Shown in pieces: positions 35,177 through 48,267 of a stretch of 64,000 bases of DNA. The notes beneath the pieces were generated by a model, which saw nothing but the letters and a program-made list of their open reading frames with translations, searched no databases and was not told where the DNA came from. This DNA is from Elsinoe ampelina (taxonomy: Eukaryota): the NCBI GenBank assembly GCA_010093995.1, contig ML992504.1, positions 1,601,394 to 1,665,393 of the forward strand, read 5' to 3'. The translations under genes were made by a program, and so were the position numbers. Every line of letters starts with the position of its first letter. Positions within the stretch are counted from its first letter, which is position 1.

Positions 35177-38025
35177 ATGGCGATTGAGGAGGAAGCGTAT
35201 TGTACGGTATGAGTTTCTCCGGAGCAATTGAGCTTGCAGAGGACTGAGACTATGCGCAGCTTGTAATGACCGACAGCTATCTACCAGGTACGTCACTCAA
35301 GACACAGAGCAGAAACGTGAGCTCATGCTAATGATGGTCGCAGGCGCCGCCGTCCTTGCGCATTCGTTACGAGACTCTGGTACAAAGAAGAAGCTCGCTG
35401 CACTTGTCACCCTCGAGACATTGCGCGCCGACACAATCGAAGAGCTGAAGGTAGGACAGGATCGAGTCACTGGCACATCTGGCTGACATTTACAGTCGCT
35501 CTACGACTATGTGATACCCGTGGACCGGATACCAAACCCGAACCCAGCGAACCTCTACCTCATCGACCGAGGCGATCTGTTGTACGCTTTCACGAAAATC
35601 AACCTTTGGCGACTGACGCAATTCAAGAAGGTGGTGTACATTGACGCAGACGTGGTCGCTTTACGAGCGCCGGACGAGCTCTTCGCGACGAAAGAGAACT
35701 TTGCCGCAGCATCGGACATAGGATGGCCAGACTTCTTCAACTCGGGTGTCATGGTACTAAAGCCGGACATGGGGACCTACTGGGCACTACAGACGCTGGC
35801 GGCTAGTGGGGACAGCTTCGACGGTGCCGACCAAGGTCTGCTGAACCAGTACTTTGAGCACAAGAACTGGAAGCGATTGCACTTTACCTACAATTGCACC
35901 CCGAGTGCCAGCTACCAATACGAGCCAGCATACAGATACCACAAGGCGAACATCTCCATGGTACATTTCATTGGGCAGTCGAAGCCCTGGCAGAAAGGAC
36001 GGACAGTGTCGCAGAAGGGCTCAGGGGCTTACAAAGAGCTGGTCAACAGATGGTGGGCAGTCTACGATCTGCACTACAAGTTTCCGGTGAGTTGTGATGG
36101 AGGATGGGCGAGAGCCGAGCTGATGGTGACAGACTTATGGTATGGAAGGCGGGCCACGATCGAATGTAGTAAAGAGCTTAGTCACAGGCGAGGCAACCTC
36201 GACAGACTACGGCTACTCATCTGTGCCACAAGCACAAGCACAAACTCACAACACGCATCACGCCCCTCAACCTCAGAATGATGCGCCGATAATCACAATC
36301 GAAGCGCCACCCTCAGATCCTGCAGATTTTGCAGAACAGATTGTACACGAGCATGTGGAACCGACACCTACTGTAGAGCAAAGACGATTCTCCGCGCCGA
36401 TCAACGAGTGGGACGCTACGCGGTGAGTCAAGCGAAACGATTTGTCGATGTAAAGCTGACTGTATAGCGCACCACCTCCTGAAGCATCGCGACCAGAAGC
36501 CGTCAACTTTCCTACACAGAGCTACGAATTCAACGCCGACCCCACACCTTATCAACCGCCACAATCATATCCGGAGCCTCCAAAGGACATGTGGTATGAA
36601 GTACCGAAAGAGAAACCTCTTCCAGCAACTGCAAGACCCAAAGCCATCTTCCCGTGGGAAGAAAGACCGATCGCGAGACCGACACGTGTATTCATTGAAG
36701 ATACCATTACCACACCTAGTACTAATACCGAAGCTGAGGATCCAGGTCTTTCGCGGAGCACCACAAGCGACAAAGACTCCGAAGCTGCAACACCAACAAC
36801 ACCAGTAATCAAGATTAATGACGAATTACCTCAGACAATGGCTCCGATGACTAAGAATGCTTGGGACGATGTTGCTGGAATCGACACGTATGTCCGCCAG
36901 CTCAACCAGTGGCAAAAGCTTCGCGGCAAGCTGCAGGTCCTGCAAAGCAATGACAAGTCTTCACAATCTCCGGCGAACGAAGCAACAAACCCGATGGACT
37001 CGTCTAACAACACTGTCCTATCACCAACCGAGGAGCTTGATGAGATCACCGGCAGCGAGCCCCGATCTCAACGCCGCGAGTCTCTGATCCTCACACAATT
37101 CCCCAGCGCGGACGAGCGACCTAGCCTGCCCGTCACCCCAGCACCAATCAAACGGAATGTATTCTGGGGAGCCGATAAGAACGCCGACGGAAGCAGCTTG
37201 CCGGCCGCCGAGGGTGTGCCGCACCAAGCAGACTGGGTATGTCCCCGCTGCGGCTTTTCCATTTGCGTTGATCGTCTTGTGAAGCATGTCGATGTTGTCA
37301 TTGATCACTTCGATCAGAGACACAAAGGAAGAGGATGACGATGTACTAATAGCCATGATCTGCTTCCCATCTGATTAGCGAGCATGCGAGCGAGCACATC
37401 ACTATCAATTGTATTCTTTGTCAAAAACCCTGTCCTTCACCCCCTCTAACTCCCTGCTTCTTTTTCATATTCTCAGGTTACACAAGACTCAGCCCGCGGG
37501 GCGACCCCCTCCTTCATGTTCGACACTTCAACACGACCTGACCACTTGCGCGAAAGCTTCAACAGCTCACTGACACCTTTTCCCCAGGACCCAAACGCAC
37601 AACTCGAAGCCCTCCGCGCATCTTCAATAGCATTGAAACCCGAATCACTCCGAGGCCACGCCAAAAACGTCCCGAGGCGAGACATGCCCCGCTCGAGCAT
37701 CGACGTGGGACAACACCCCGGCCTCGTGGGCAGCGTGGCCAGTAGTCCCGGCGACAAGCCCGAACATCACGTGCATTTCGGAGGGGTGGTGGAGGTGAGG
37801 GAAGTACCCGGGCTTGATGGGGGGGAGAAGGTCAAGGGGGAGAAGGCGGCTGGTGGGGAGGTGAAGGGGAATGGGACTGGGAGGGTGGCGGGGGAGGGAT
37901 TGGAGGAGACGAAAGGGAGGAAGGGAGGGGTCAGTTTTGGGGAGGTGAGGTTTGGGGAGGAGGCGGCGGGGGGAAGGGATGAGGTGGTGAGTCCGACGGC
38001 GGAGGTGGTTGGTCCGGCGGCTTAG
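35177..38025 (+). CDS. GLG1: Glycogenin (GT8) with a long C-terminal extension; 3' end alternatively spliceable
   Basis: EAYCT/LVMTDSYLP/GAAVLAHSLRD, FTKINLWRLTQFKKVVYIDAD, FNSGVMV, SFDGADQGLLN, VHFIGQSKPW. Confidence 0.9.
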
Positions 38026-39139
38026 AGAGTTGTTGATGGTTGGGGAGGGAGGTGTTGGTAATGAAATGTGTGTAAACTCAGGTCCTCGCGCTGTAGGTAA
38101 CCGATGCTATGCTACGCGGAACTGAGCTCGCTGCCGCCATGCTTTGCGGTCCGACGGCGTGCAGTTGCTGTCATTAAATGCCAATATGGCCAGTACTCAA
38201 AACTGGGGCATTCGAGACACATCTAGGGAGCACTGCTGAAGGAAGAAGTACAGGGCGGAGTGCCAGGTCGGCAACAATGAACCATGCAACGGTGAAGAGA
38301 GCACTGCACGGTTCGTGGATTAAGCCAGTGCAATCATGCCGTCCTATCCTCGGTATAGCCTGGTGTCCATCTCTCGCCAGAGCCCACCTTTGGGAGCTTC
38401 CAATTCGTGATACTCTTGACCGCCATACCGACATTCCTTGACGTCCTGTTCCAACCATGCCGCCTGGTCACCATCGCTTGGTCGCTCGATCAAATTGACA
38501 GACTGAACAGTACTTGTGCGCTGTGGGAAGAGAGTCCAGCATCTTTGTTTCGTCCACACAGGCCTTTTACCCTGTGATACCAGCCTGTATGCAGCCACTC
38601 TTGCTCTGGGATATCTGCCGTGAAGATGTAGTAGGAGATCCGACGGCACAACTCCAGCTGGGATAATTGTTTCATTGCTTGTTGAGTCTGGATGGCGTCG
38701 CGTAACGCGTAGATTCGCACACCAATATGTTGCTCCTCGTTCGATTAGTGCATTAGCGACCTCCAGATGACCACGCAAGCAAATCTGCTTGCGTTTTGAT
38801 GCTGAAGGCGATCGAGCGGACGAAACGTCTCCTAGTAATTGCGAGACTCGCGCTTAACCCATCCTACCTGGTCGGACTCGAGGTTTTGCTGTGATAAAGG
38901 CTTCTACACGCGGGCCTTTTTGGTGAAGCCGATTTTGGTGCGGATGATTCGGAGCGTTGCTGACTTCTTGATGCCTTGTACACATCACCGTTAGCATTAC
39001 CACATCAAGAACATCTCTGCTTTGAATTAAATCCGGATCATCTCGTAAGATCGGCGGAACCGTATCATACGACTCATGCCCAACGGACCTCAATGAGTGG
39101 GTTTGTATCGCCTCCTCATCTCCAATACCTGCTGTAGAT

Positions 39140-42100
39140 TCACCTCTTACGGTCGTGCCGATTTTGAGTGCGACCTCGAACATGACCAGCCACTTGCGGG
39201 CCAATCCTTTCAGCGTCCTCGAGGAGCCGTAAAGTCTTCCTTTGATACTCTCTTCTCGAGCTGGAAGGTATGTGCACGAGATCATCGTGGCTGGTGGTTC
39301 TCACCAGCTCAGACGGCAACGAGGAAAGAGCTGACATTGGACAGGGGAAACGCCCTATCTTCCCCTCCACACTGTGACTGTTTCGCACCCGGGCATCGGC
39401 ACGGTAATCGAGCAGCAAGGGCACGCAGTGATAGCTGCCCCGCATACAGACCTGCCACAGCGGCGTGGTACCTCGGCTGCATCTGACGTGGGGACTGACC
39501 GTGCCAGCACGAAGCAAGTTTTCCATGTTCGAGTACAATCCGTTACAGGCAAGAACCCAGAGTAGGACGTCTCTTGCCCGACAATCAGTGAATTCGCCCC
39601 CAAAGTGCCGTGCGAGATCGCGCAGGCGATTGCTGACAACATCGGGGCGGTCGGGGTCAAAGTCAAGCAGGCTTTCGTCGAGGGTGTGTATGTAAACTAG
39701 GAAGCGATACGTCAAGTCCGCACCCAGCCCTGCGAGGATATTTACGCGAATGTCGAGACTAGTAAGTAGATCCTGGCGAAATGCTTCCGATCTGATATCT
39801 TGTTGTAGGGAACCCCCGTTAGCCGATGGCCTTCCTGAAGCAAGTGCGGGATCCTGCTTCAGCCTGAGTTCCATGCAGACATATGCGTGAATGTACAAAT
39901 CTGCCATTGACACACTACAGGTCTGGGTGAACCAATCCGCGTTCGAGATGCGGTTTCGGTCATGCCTACCAAAGACTTTCTCGAACTGCCAGAAGTTGTA
40001 GATCACCAATTGCTGAAATAGCTCTTTGGAATCGGTGGCCAGAACGAGATGCAGAGCAGCCGGAAATTCCCGATCCTCAAGATCTTTCCAGTCAGAAGGG
40101 GCTATGATGTCGTTGCAAAGAGCACCAGCCACTGAAGGTCTCTCACTCGTGAAGTCGGCACATACCATTGTCACGACCGTCCGTTCGTGCGGGTACACCA
40201 CCACAATGAGTTTCTCCAGCGCTTCCGAGCGATTGTTACCAGCAAGTATACTTGTCAGCCAGTCTTGGACCGTGCCGCACGCTCGATAGTGATGGGACCA
40301 GGCTCGGAATATCAAGTCTATAGAAGCCCAGAGTTGACAGTCCAGAGCATCATTCAATAGCGAGATCCACATCGGATCAAGTGTCAGATTCTGGCGCTCC
40401 TTCGTGGTTGAGCTGATAATGCGCAGGCAAGATTCGAGAAAGTCCTGATTTCTGGAACGTACCGCAAATTGTAGTGGATAGATTCCTTTCTGGTCATGGC
40501 GGACTACCAGCTTTGCGGCATGATTGCTGTGGAAATCGAACTGCTTTTCCCGAAGCAGACCAATGCATTTGGTGTGCCCACCCTCAATAGCGGCGTGCAA
40601 TGGATTTCGACCTCTGTTATCTTCTTTGACGTGCCTTAGGTACGGTGCGTGGGCTAGATTGTTCTCATAGGTCGTGAGGATCGAGTCCATTATTGTGGCG
40701 TTTCCTTGCTCGGCTGCAATGTAGAGACACGTTTTGCCCAGGCTGTCGGGCTTGTTGAATAGGCTTTGAGAGTAGACCAAATTGAACAGCGTCAAATCCT
40801 CAGATCTTGCCGCGTAATGCGCTGCCGAGCCACCTTCCTCACCAAATAGTGGTATTGATCTTAGATTCAACCGTGCTTTGGAGAGTCTTTCCTGGACAGC
40901 CGGTACGTCCAATGCAAAGCTCAGCAGTGGTTTGTGATCATTCATCACTGCCCAGGCGAATAGCCCCGACATGTGACTCGTCCAGGATCTAACCTGATAA
41001 GGCCATGGATATGATATGTGGTGAAGAGGGTCACTCAATAGCTTGTGAAATCTTCGCGTTGTGCTGACGTCAGCTTCCAGTTGACGATTACTTTCGAGCC
41101 ATGCTCGCTGAGCATATGTCAAAAATGACTTACTACTAGGTGCAGTCGCGGTGCCGGGTGGTCGGTAGTTGGGGATTGTCAACATAGCCTTGACGGTGGT
41201 AGGTCTGCCTAGCCAACCGAGGACCTTGGTCGAGAGCTTGTTGCCAGCTGGTATAGTAGCCGGTATATGATGCGGTTGATCGATAGTGATCAAAGCTGTT
41301 GCGTCCTCCAGAATACCGACGCAAAGTGAACCGATGCGGCACAAATGATCCCTTTTCAACGAAGGGTTCAAGGTAAATTGAATGACTGTATGATGGATAG
41401 GACGGACTATATCATCCTCGTCGTCAATTTCGATGAGATTCGCACCACAATCCATGATGGAGTCTCGGGTTGGTCGTTTGTCAGGGTTCACGACAAGCCT
41501 GTTGTCGATTAGTTCTAGAGCAAGAAATTCCTGCAGCTCCTCTATATGGAAGGGTTCTGCCGCGGCGCATGCGACCATAAGGAGCAGTTTGCCCAACGAA
41601 TCTTTGCGTGAGCCGAGACGAGTCGCACAATTCTCATACGTTGACTTCAGATCGACGGGTAGCTTATTCGCTAGGTAATCTTTGATAGTTGAATCGTCGA
41701 CACAATGCGCCCATATCTCGCCAAGGAGAAGCTTTGCCCATAAGAGCCTGGTTGAATTGGTTTGTGCTCGCCTGGAGACATGGTAGTAACTTACATTGTA
41801 CCGACACGGTCAGACAGGAAAGTAGTCATATATGCAAGAGTTGTATCTTCGGCGATGTTCCTTTGACGACATTGGCTGTCGACCATCCACTGGACAATGC
41901 GATCAATGTCTTGAGCCACGCCCTGTATACCACGAGCAATGGTCAGACTAAGTGGCTTTTGCGTTTTCTGCACCTGCTGACTCTCTTGACCCCTGCCTGT
42001 CAAGAACACACGGCAGCCACGTCTGGCGGCAGCGGACAGTGCGAGTAAGAGCTGCCAAAGATCTGAGGGATCACAGAGATCAAGTCCGTCAACCACAATG

Positions 42101-43913
42101 ACGGGTTCTCTGATAGTACCAAGTAGCGGAAGGAACACGTCGTCGATAATCTCGTCGAACGTGGGCTGCGTAGCACTAGGACCATAATAAAGCTTGACTT
42201 TCCCATGGATCAGAGAAGACTGTTCTGGATTGATAATAAGCATTTGCTTCACCAAAGCGTTGAGTGCTGCGGAGCCGCTGCGACAACCGATGAGGCTTTC
42301 CTGGAAATGGAAATGGAAGACTTGTGCATGAGCCCCTTTCCCTCCGCGCATTAGGTGCTCGATAGCCGTTGAACTGTCCGGTCAGATCGAGTGTGAGAAA
42401 CTGCATGATCTACTCACGAGTATAGCGTCTTGCCTGAGCCGACTGCGCAGGTCAGCTGACAGTACGACGGCATAATGAAATGGTCCTTACTTATGCCGGT
42501 CAAGAGAAATGTACTACCAGACGTCGATTGTTCCCATTCTTTGAAAGTGTCATGCGCCAATAGCCAAAGAGTGGTGCCTGGAAGCCTACACCGGAGCAGG
42601 CGGCGAAGCGATCGATCACTGTCATATGTCGATATGCTGGTGAAGATGTCGAAGCTCGTGCGGTATTGGATGACTACTAAGATTAGGAAAGCCCACGTAC
42701 ACTGCTTCGTCCACTCACATTCGTTACGCTCGACTGCCCAAGGTCCTCTTTCTACGAGCGCCCTTTGCCTTTCATGCATCGACGTCTTTATCAGTGACCG
42801 ATCTAGTCGGATGGTAAGCAAGTACCTTGGACAAGATACGACCAGAGGTTATGACAAACCTCGCGCTCTCTTACATACCTACTCTAGGTGACAACTTTGA
42901 TTTGCACTGTCGTAGCAGATTCCAGGTGTCTTCTTTGCGAATGTAATGATCTGTCATCTGGGCGACGTCGCCCTTGACCTCAGGGGTATTGAGATCTATG
43001 TTGCCGACTGAGGGGGCACTGAAACGGTAACAGGACTTGTTCTGGAACAGCTCGGACTTGTCTCGTTGGAATCGATCCGCTGTGGTTTCTGCATCTGTGG
43101 CAATACTCATCAGGGTTTGGAGCAGACCTTCAGCACTATCATCAAAGGATGTAAGAGAACGTAAGCCGGTACCAATCGATACCAGGCAGTTGACTTTATC
43201 TCTGAGTAGATCTGTGTCTTCGACCATTTCGGCAGCTTCCTCCCATATCTTCTCCACTGGATTTGTAGTAAGAGCGCTGCCGTCGTAAAACTTCCGTTTC
43301 TGGGGCCCGATCTCAATCGGACCAAAGAAAGATCCAGTAGCTGATGTCGCCCGTGCAGCTTCCCAGATCTTGGTGTGCTTGTAGAGTTCTGATGGGCCTC
43401 GAGGTCGAAAGTAAGAACTGAGTATCTCCGTAGAAGGGCCAACAGCGGTAGTCGCAGTGACGAAGCTGATGGTCAGATGTGGTCCACAGCTAGTAGATAT
43501 AGCACTTACACTTTGCAGCTCGGCTTGTCAGTATCCTTAAGCAGGCTTTCAGCATCCAGGCCACGAGAAGCGATGATCTTCTTGAAGCCCTTTTCTAGGG
43601 TAGACATGTCGTACATCGGACTGTCCACATTGCTGGCATTGTTCTTGGATCCCGTACTTGACTTGGTGAAGATCTCATCCTGTAGGTCCATGAAGGCGGT
43701 GATACATTCATCCGCAGACATGCGAAGGCGGCCGAGCATGATGGCAATCCAGCCGCCAGTGCTAGTCCCTCCAATTAAGTCGAAACAGTCGCATGGCTTC
43801 GGAGGATCATCAGGTTGTATCAGCTCCATCAGCTTTTGCAGGATATAGAGAGCCGAGAGGCCTCTGATCCCCCCGCCATCGATGCAGAGTAGGTTGAGGT
43901 TGCGGCCAGACAT
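39140..43913 (-). CDS. NLR-like protein: patatin phospholipase - NACHT - ankyrin repeats (at least 6 introns; 3' end uncertain, may extend to ~38344)
   Basis: LCIDGGGIRG, GTSTG, IWEAARATSA, FYDGS. Walker A TGI/IGSGKT, Walker B IVVDGLDLC, GTMLLWAKL. Ankyrins GKTCLYIAAEQGN, GRNPLHAAIEGGH, GTTPLWQVCMRG. Confidence 0.88.
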
Positions 43914-44349
43914 TGGCCATCCGACGGCACAGGGTCATCCCAAGCTGACGCTTCGTGTGACAATTGCATGAGAAGAACAAACATGAAAGATCGAGGACGG
44001 AGAAAGGACAGAGAACGCTGCAGATGTGGAAAAAGGCGTGGGCTCCCCCCTCGCCAGGCGTCTCAGCTGAGCTCAGGTGCAGGCGCGCCTTTCACCGCCA
44101 TGAGTGATCTTGATTGGACGCGTTTGGCAGCTGTCTCGTCCAATTGAGTGCTTTGATGAAGCGCGGCGCCGATAAGCTACGGCGACCACAGTAGGGTGCA
44201 TCTTGCAGCACGGGCTCATGTAGGAACGGTAAGATAATATGGCACACGTGGATTGAATGAATGCAGAAATTGGCCATCAGAGTTGCATATTTTGGGATCG
44301 CAAACGTCACAAAGGTACATAAATCCAAATCTCCGCAAAGGCTGGATCA

Positions 44350-45461
44350 TCACTCTTGCGCCTTGAAAACCACCTTCTGACTCTTGCCCTTGTCAAATGC
44401 TTCATATCCATCCACCGCACTGCTCAATGGTCTGATATCTTGGAACATGAAATCGAGCTGATCTTGCTTCTCCTTCAGCTTTTGTAGCGACTGAGGAAAG
44501 ATTGATCGGACTGGGCAACGACCCATCTGGATTGTGAGGTTCTTTCCGTATGCTTGGTTGCCGTTCCATGGGATCTGCTGCTTGTCAGAACCTGTGGATT
44601 TCTCGTTGTGATCAGTCTTACCTCTCCATTGTGAACGCCAACACTGCTGATTCTTCCCCACGGCCGCAAGAGCTCAAAGCCCATCTTCAATGCTGGACTC
44701 AGACCGACAACTTCGACCACGACATCAGCACCTCTTCCGTCAGTGAGCTCCTTCACTCTTGCATCAAGCTTGTCCCTGTCCGTCATGAAGTTGTGCGGCT
44801 CAGCGCCCAGAGCTTCCGCTTGCTTGAGCCGTTCTGGAATGCTGTCGACAGCAAGGATCTTCCTCGGCTTGTAGTCCACCAGATTCACCAAAGCACAGAG
44901 AGCTACTGGACCGCATCCAACCAGCACCACAACACTGTCCTCGACTTCTTCCCTGCTCATGTTGTTGAAGCCATTGTATGCCGCAAAGTATCCTGTCGGG
45001 AAGATATCTGCCATGAGGACGAGCGCCTCTTCTCGGAGTCCCTCTGGTGCTTTCATCGCAGTGCTGTCCGCCAAAGGTATCCTTACGTATTGGGCCTGTC
45101 CACCGTCCAGCACAGAGCAGCCAAAGAGCTTGGACTTTTCGCATCTCGAACTTGTCCCTCTCTTACAGTAAAAGCACTCGCCACAGCTGACGGTGAATGG
45201 CGAGACTACTAGGTCACCCTTCTGGAAGTTCTTGACTGACGAGCCGAGCTCGTGTACATGGCCGGTGAATTCGTGTCCCATGATGAAGCCGGTACCGGAA
45301 GGCTGGTGACCTCGGAAGACATGCAGCTCGGAACCGCAGAGGGCAGTATAGGCGACTTTGACAATGATGTCGGTAGGATCTTGGATCGTTGGAACCGGTC
45401 GATCTTGCAGGCTGACCTTGTGTGGGCCGTCAAAGACGACGGCTTTCATTGTGGACGCCAT
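44350..45461 (-). CDS. Zinc-dependent medium-chain alcohol dehydrogenase (1 intron)
   Basis: ALCGSELH, MGHEFTG, CGECFYC...C structural Zn site, ADIFPTGY, GCGPV Rossmann motif. Confidence 0.93.
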
Positions 45462-45994
45462 GTTGTCGTGTCAGTCGATCAATTGATAGATAAGAAGCAG
45501 TCCAGGCGATGTTGGAATTGCTGCAGGAGATGTACAGATGATGTAGCAGTGCCGTGGAATTGGAGTACTTGGATTGCGAAGAGGGCAATCCGGTTGGTTT
45601 TGTCCTGCTTGAATCTCCGAGGCATCTTCCCCGCAATTTCGAAGGAGGGGCACAAAGCTGAGGTCACAATTGCTCCCCCTCTAGCAAACACCTGCAGGCA
45701 TCGAGATGCGCCGGTGCCGATCCAAGACTGTGGTATAGTCTTCCTCCTAGTCCGATATATTGGCATCTCCTCTCGATCACTTTGCCTCGTCGGTTGCTCT
45801 GTACTGGTCCGGCGAAATTGATAGTGCTCTGAACCTCGGCTGGTTGTCAAAGCCAAGACCAAGACCGAATTCCGGTACATTTCGATACCAGGAACTTTCC
45901 GGGTGCTAGTCGAGTACGGGAATTGCCAGTTGTTTGTATTTCCGACCATGGTTTTGAAGATATGCATGTCCACCGGTGAAACACCAGGAGGCGT

Positions 45995-46492
45995 TCATGG
46001 TTGATTTCCTGGCAGTCTCGCCCTTTCAGGTCGCGCCAGTCCAGATTCCACGTCCTTTGCTATCGACTCTCTGATTCTCTCCTGCTCTTTCTCCGCATGC
46101 TCAGCTTGCGTCCTGGATATCTCTTTCGCATCTGCGGCAGTTGTCTCATAATTCCCTGCTCCTCCTCGACCACGATAGGCTGGCAAGGTCGCTTGCGCTT
46201 GCGCTTTCGATTGCAATGTCGATGTTGTCGGAATGTCAGGCTGCTCGGCTCCAGGTGCTGTGGCTTCGAATTGACCAGTCTTTGTGAGCTCTTGAGGCGA
46301 ATAGTAGTTGCCAGCTCCGCCTCGTCCAGAATGTGCGTACTGCGCTGGCGCTTTGGACTCAGCTAGAGACTTTGTGAGGTCGTCGTCCACGCCTTTTTGA
46401 GCCTCGACATCGTTTGCTGCTCGGTCCTGAGCTGCCTGCTTCACTGCTTGGGCTGCCTCGAAGTTGCCGGCACCGCCACGACCATACGGCAT
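45995..46492 (-). CDS. GRGGAGN-repeat protein (DUF3602/Par32-like)
   Basis: Three GRGGAGN motifs in a ~165-aa hydrophilic protein starting MPYGRGGAGNF. Confidence 0.75.
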   Translation of the reverse strand: MPYGRGGAGNFEAAQAVKQAAQDRAANDVEAQKGVDDDLTKSLAESKAPAQYAHSGRGGAGNYYSPQELTKTGQFEATAPGAEQPDIPTTSTLQSKAQAQATLPAYRGRGGAGNYETTAADAKEISRTQAEHAEKEQERIRESIAKDVESGLARPERARLPGNQP

Positions 46493-47113
46493 GACGATGG
46501 AATATGCGTAATGCAAGACTAATGCTGACAGGAATTTCTTCTGGTGACGTATCTTTGTCGACTTTGCTGTAAACCGCGGGGTCAATCCATCAAGGTATTG
46601 TCGTGTGTTTTGAGAATCGGAGCCCAGGGACATGCGGACTGGCGAGATTGGGTTTCGGGGACATGCGTTGGCGCTATGCCCAACTAAGACACATGTCCGA
46701 GCAAGCTGCGGATTTCCCCCCTGTACTCTTTCGATTCCTAGGACAAGTAGACCTACCAAATATACGTAGACCAATGAGCTTCATAATGAGTAGGGTAACA
46801 CGCCAGAGTACAATAGAAGAGCGACCAGGAGCAACCAGGAAATCTGGGAGAGGCTGACAAGATGGCCTCAAAAAAACGGAAAGTAGAGCCGAAGAGGAGC
46901 AACCTGTGCCGAATGAGACATGCAACGATTCACAGAAATGTTCAAGGGTCCAGCAATTCTCTTGCATGGTCACTTATCTGGACATTGCTGCTTGTACACC
47001 TCGTGGAATTTTAAGAGACCAACTTGAACAGAAGCGTATACGTATTGTCAGTCCCTTGATTCCAAGCTCAGATCCATCATCCTAATCCCCAATAACCACA
47101 CATCACATCCATC

Positions 47114-48020
47114 ATGGCCAAACGGAAAGCCCACGAACCCAACGGCAAAGTCCCCCCAGCCAACTCTGACAGTGGCAGCGACGAGGTACCTCCCCACTGC
47201 TTCCCCATATCTCCCCCCCTTTAACCCTCCCCAGGATCTCGACACCCTCGACGTCGACTTCGAATGGTTCGACCCCTCCCCAATCGACTTCCACGGCCTC
47301 AAGTCCCTCCTCCGCCAACTCCTCGACGCCGACGCCACCCTCTTCGACCTCTCGTCCCTCGCCGACCTGATCCTCTCCCAACCCCACCTCGGCTCCACCG
47401 TAAAATGCGACGGCCAAGACTCGGACCCCTACGCCTTCCTCACCGTCCTCTCACTACGCACCCACGCCGCGAACCCAGCATTGCAAACCCTCACCGCCTA
47501 CCTCCAATCCCGAAGCAGGACCAACCCCTCCCTCGCCCCTCTGTCTACCCTCCTATCAAACCCAGACGCCCACGTCGGCTTGATCCTCTCCGAGAAACTC
47601 ATCAACATGCCCACCGAGATCGTCCCGCCCATGTACACCATGCTCCTCGAAGAACTCATCTGGGCGGCCGAGGAGAAGCGCCCCGTGGATTTCACGCACT
47701 ACGTCGTCCTCTCGAAGACGTACAGCGAAGTTGCGTCGGAGCTGGACGAGCCTGCGCGGCCGCAGAAGAAGGTGCGGCAGGGGGGAGGCGGTGGCGAGGG
47801 GGAGGTGTTTTTCTTTCATGCGGAGGATGAGGTGTTGGCGCGGCATGCCGTGTGTGCGGGAGGGTGGGATTTTGAGAAGGTGAGTGAGGGAGGGGCGGAT
47901 GCGAGGAGGGCGTTTCAGGAGAGTGGGATTAAGCCGCAGGGCCATGTGACTGTGATTGAGAAGGGGAGGTTTGAGGGGGCGGTCAAGGCGGTGGGGGAGT
48001 ATTTGGGAGTGAAGCAGTAG
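47114..48020 (+). CDS. BCP1: Bcp1/BCCIP-like 60S biogenesis factor (1 intron)
   Basis: DVDFEWFDP...DFHGLKSLLRQLLD, GSTVKCDG, VGLILSEKLINMPTEIVPPMY, FFFHAEDE. Confidence 0.92.
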
Positions 48021-48267
48021 GAAGTTCTGGAAGGGAATGTGGATGGGAAAATGTGTTCACGATACCCAAAACTCAATGAATGGTGGACATTAGGAGAGCT
48101 CATGTGATTGCTGCATGTTTTGATGTAGTACAGTTTATACACCTCGCTGCAAGTACAAAGATGCAAAAAGGGCCAGAGAAAGAAGACTGCATGCCTATTA
48201 TCTGGAATGTCCGCCGCTCTATCTTCTTGTCGTATTCGTCTCCATCTGTCCGTCCACAAGAGAAGCT

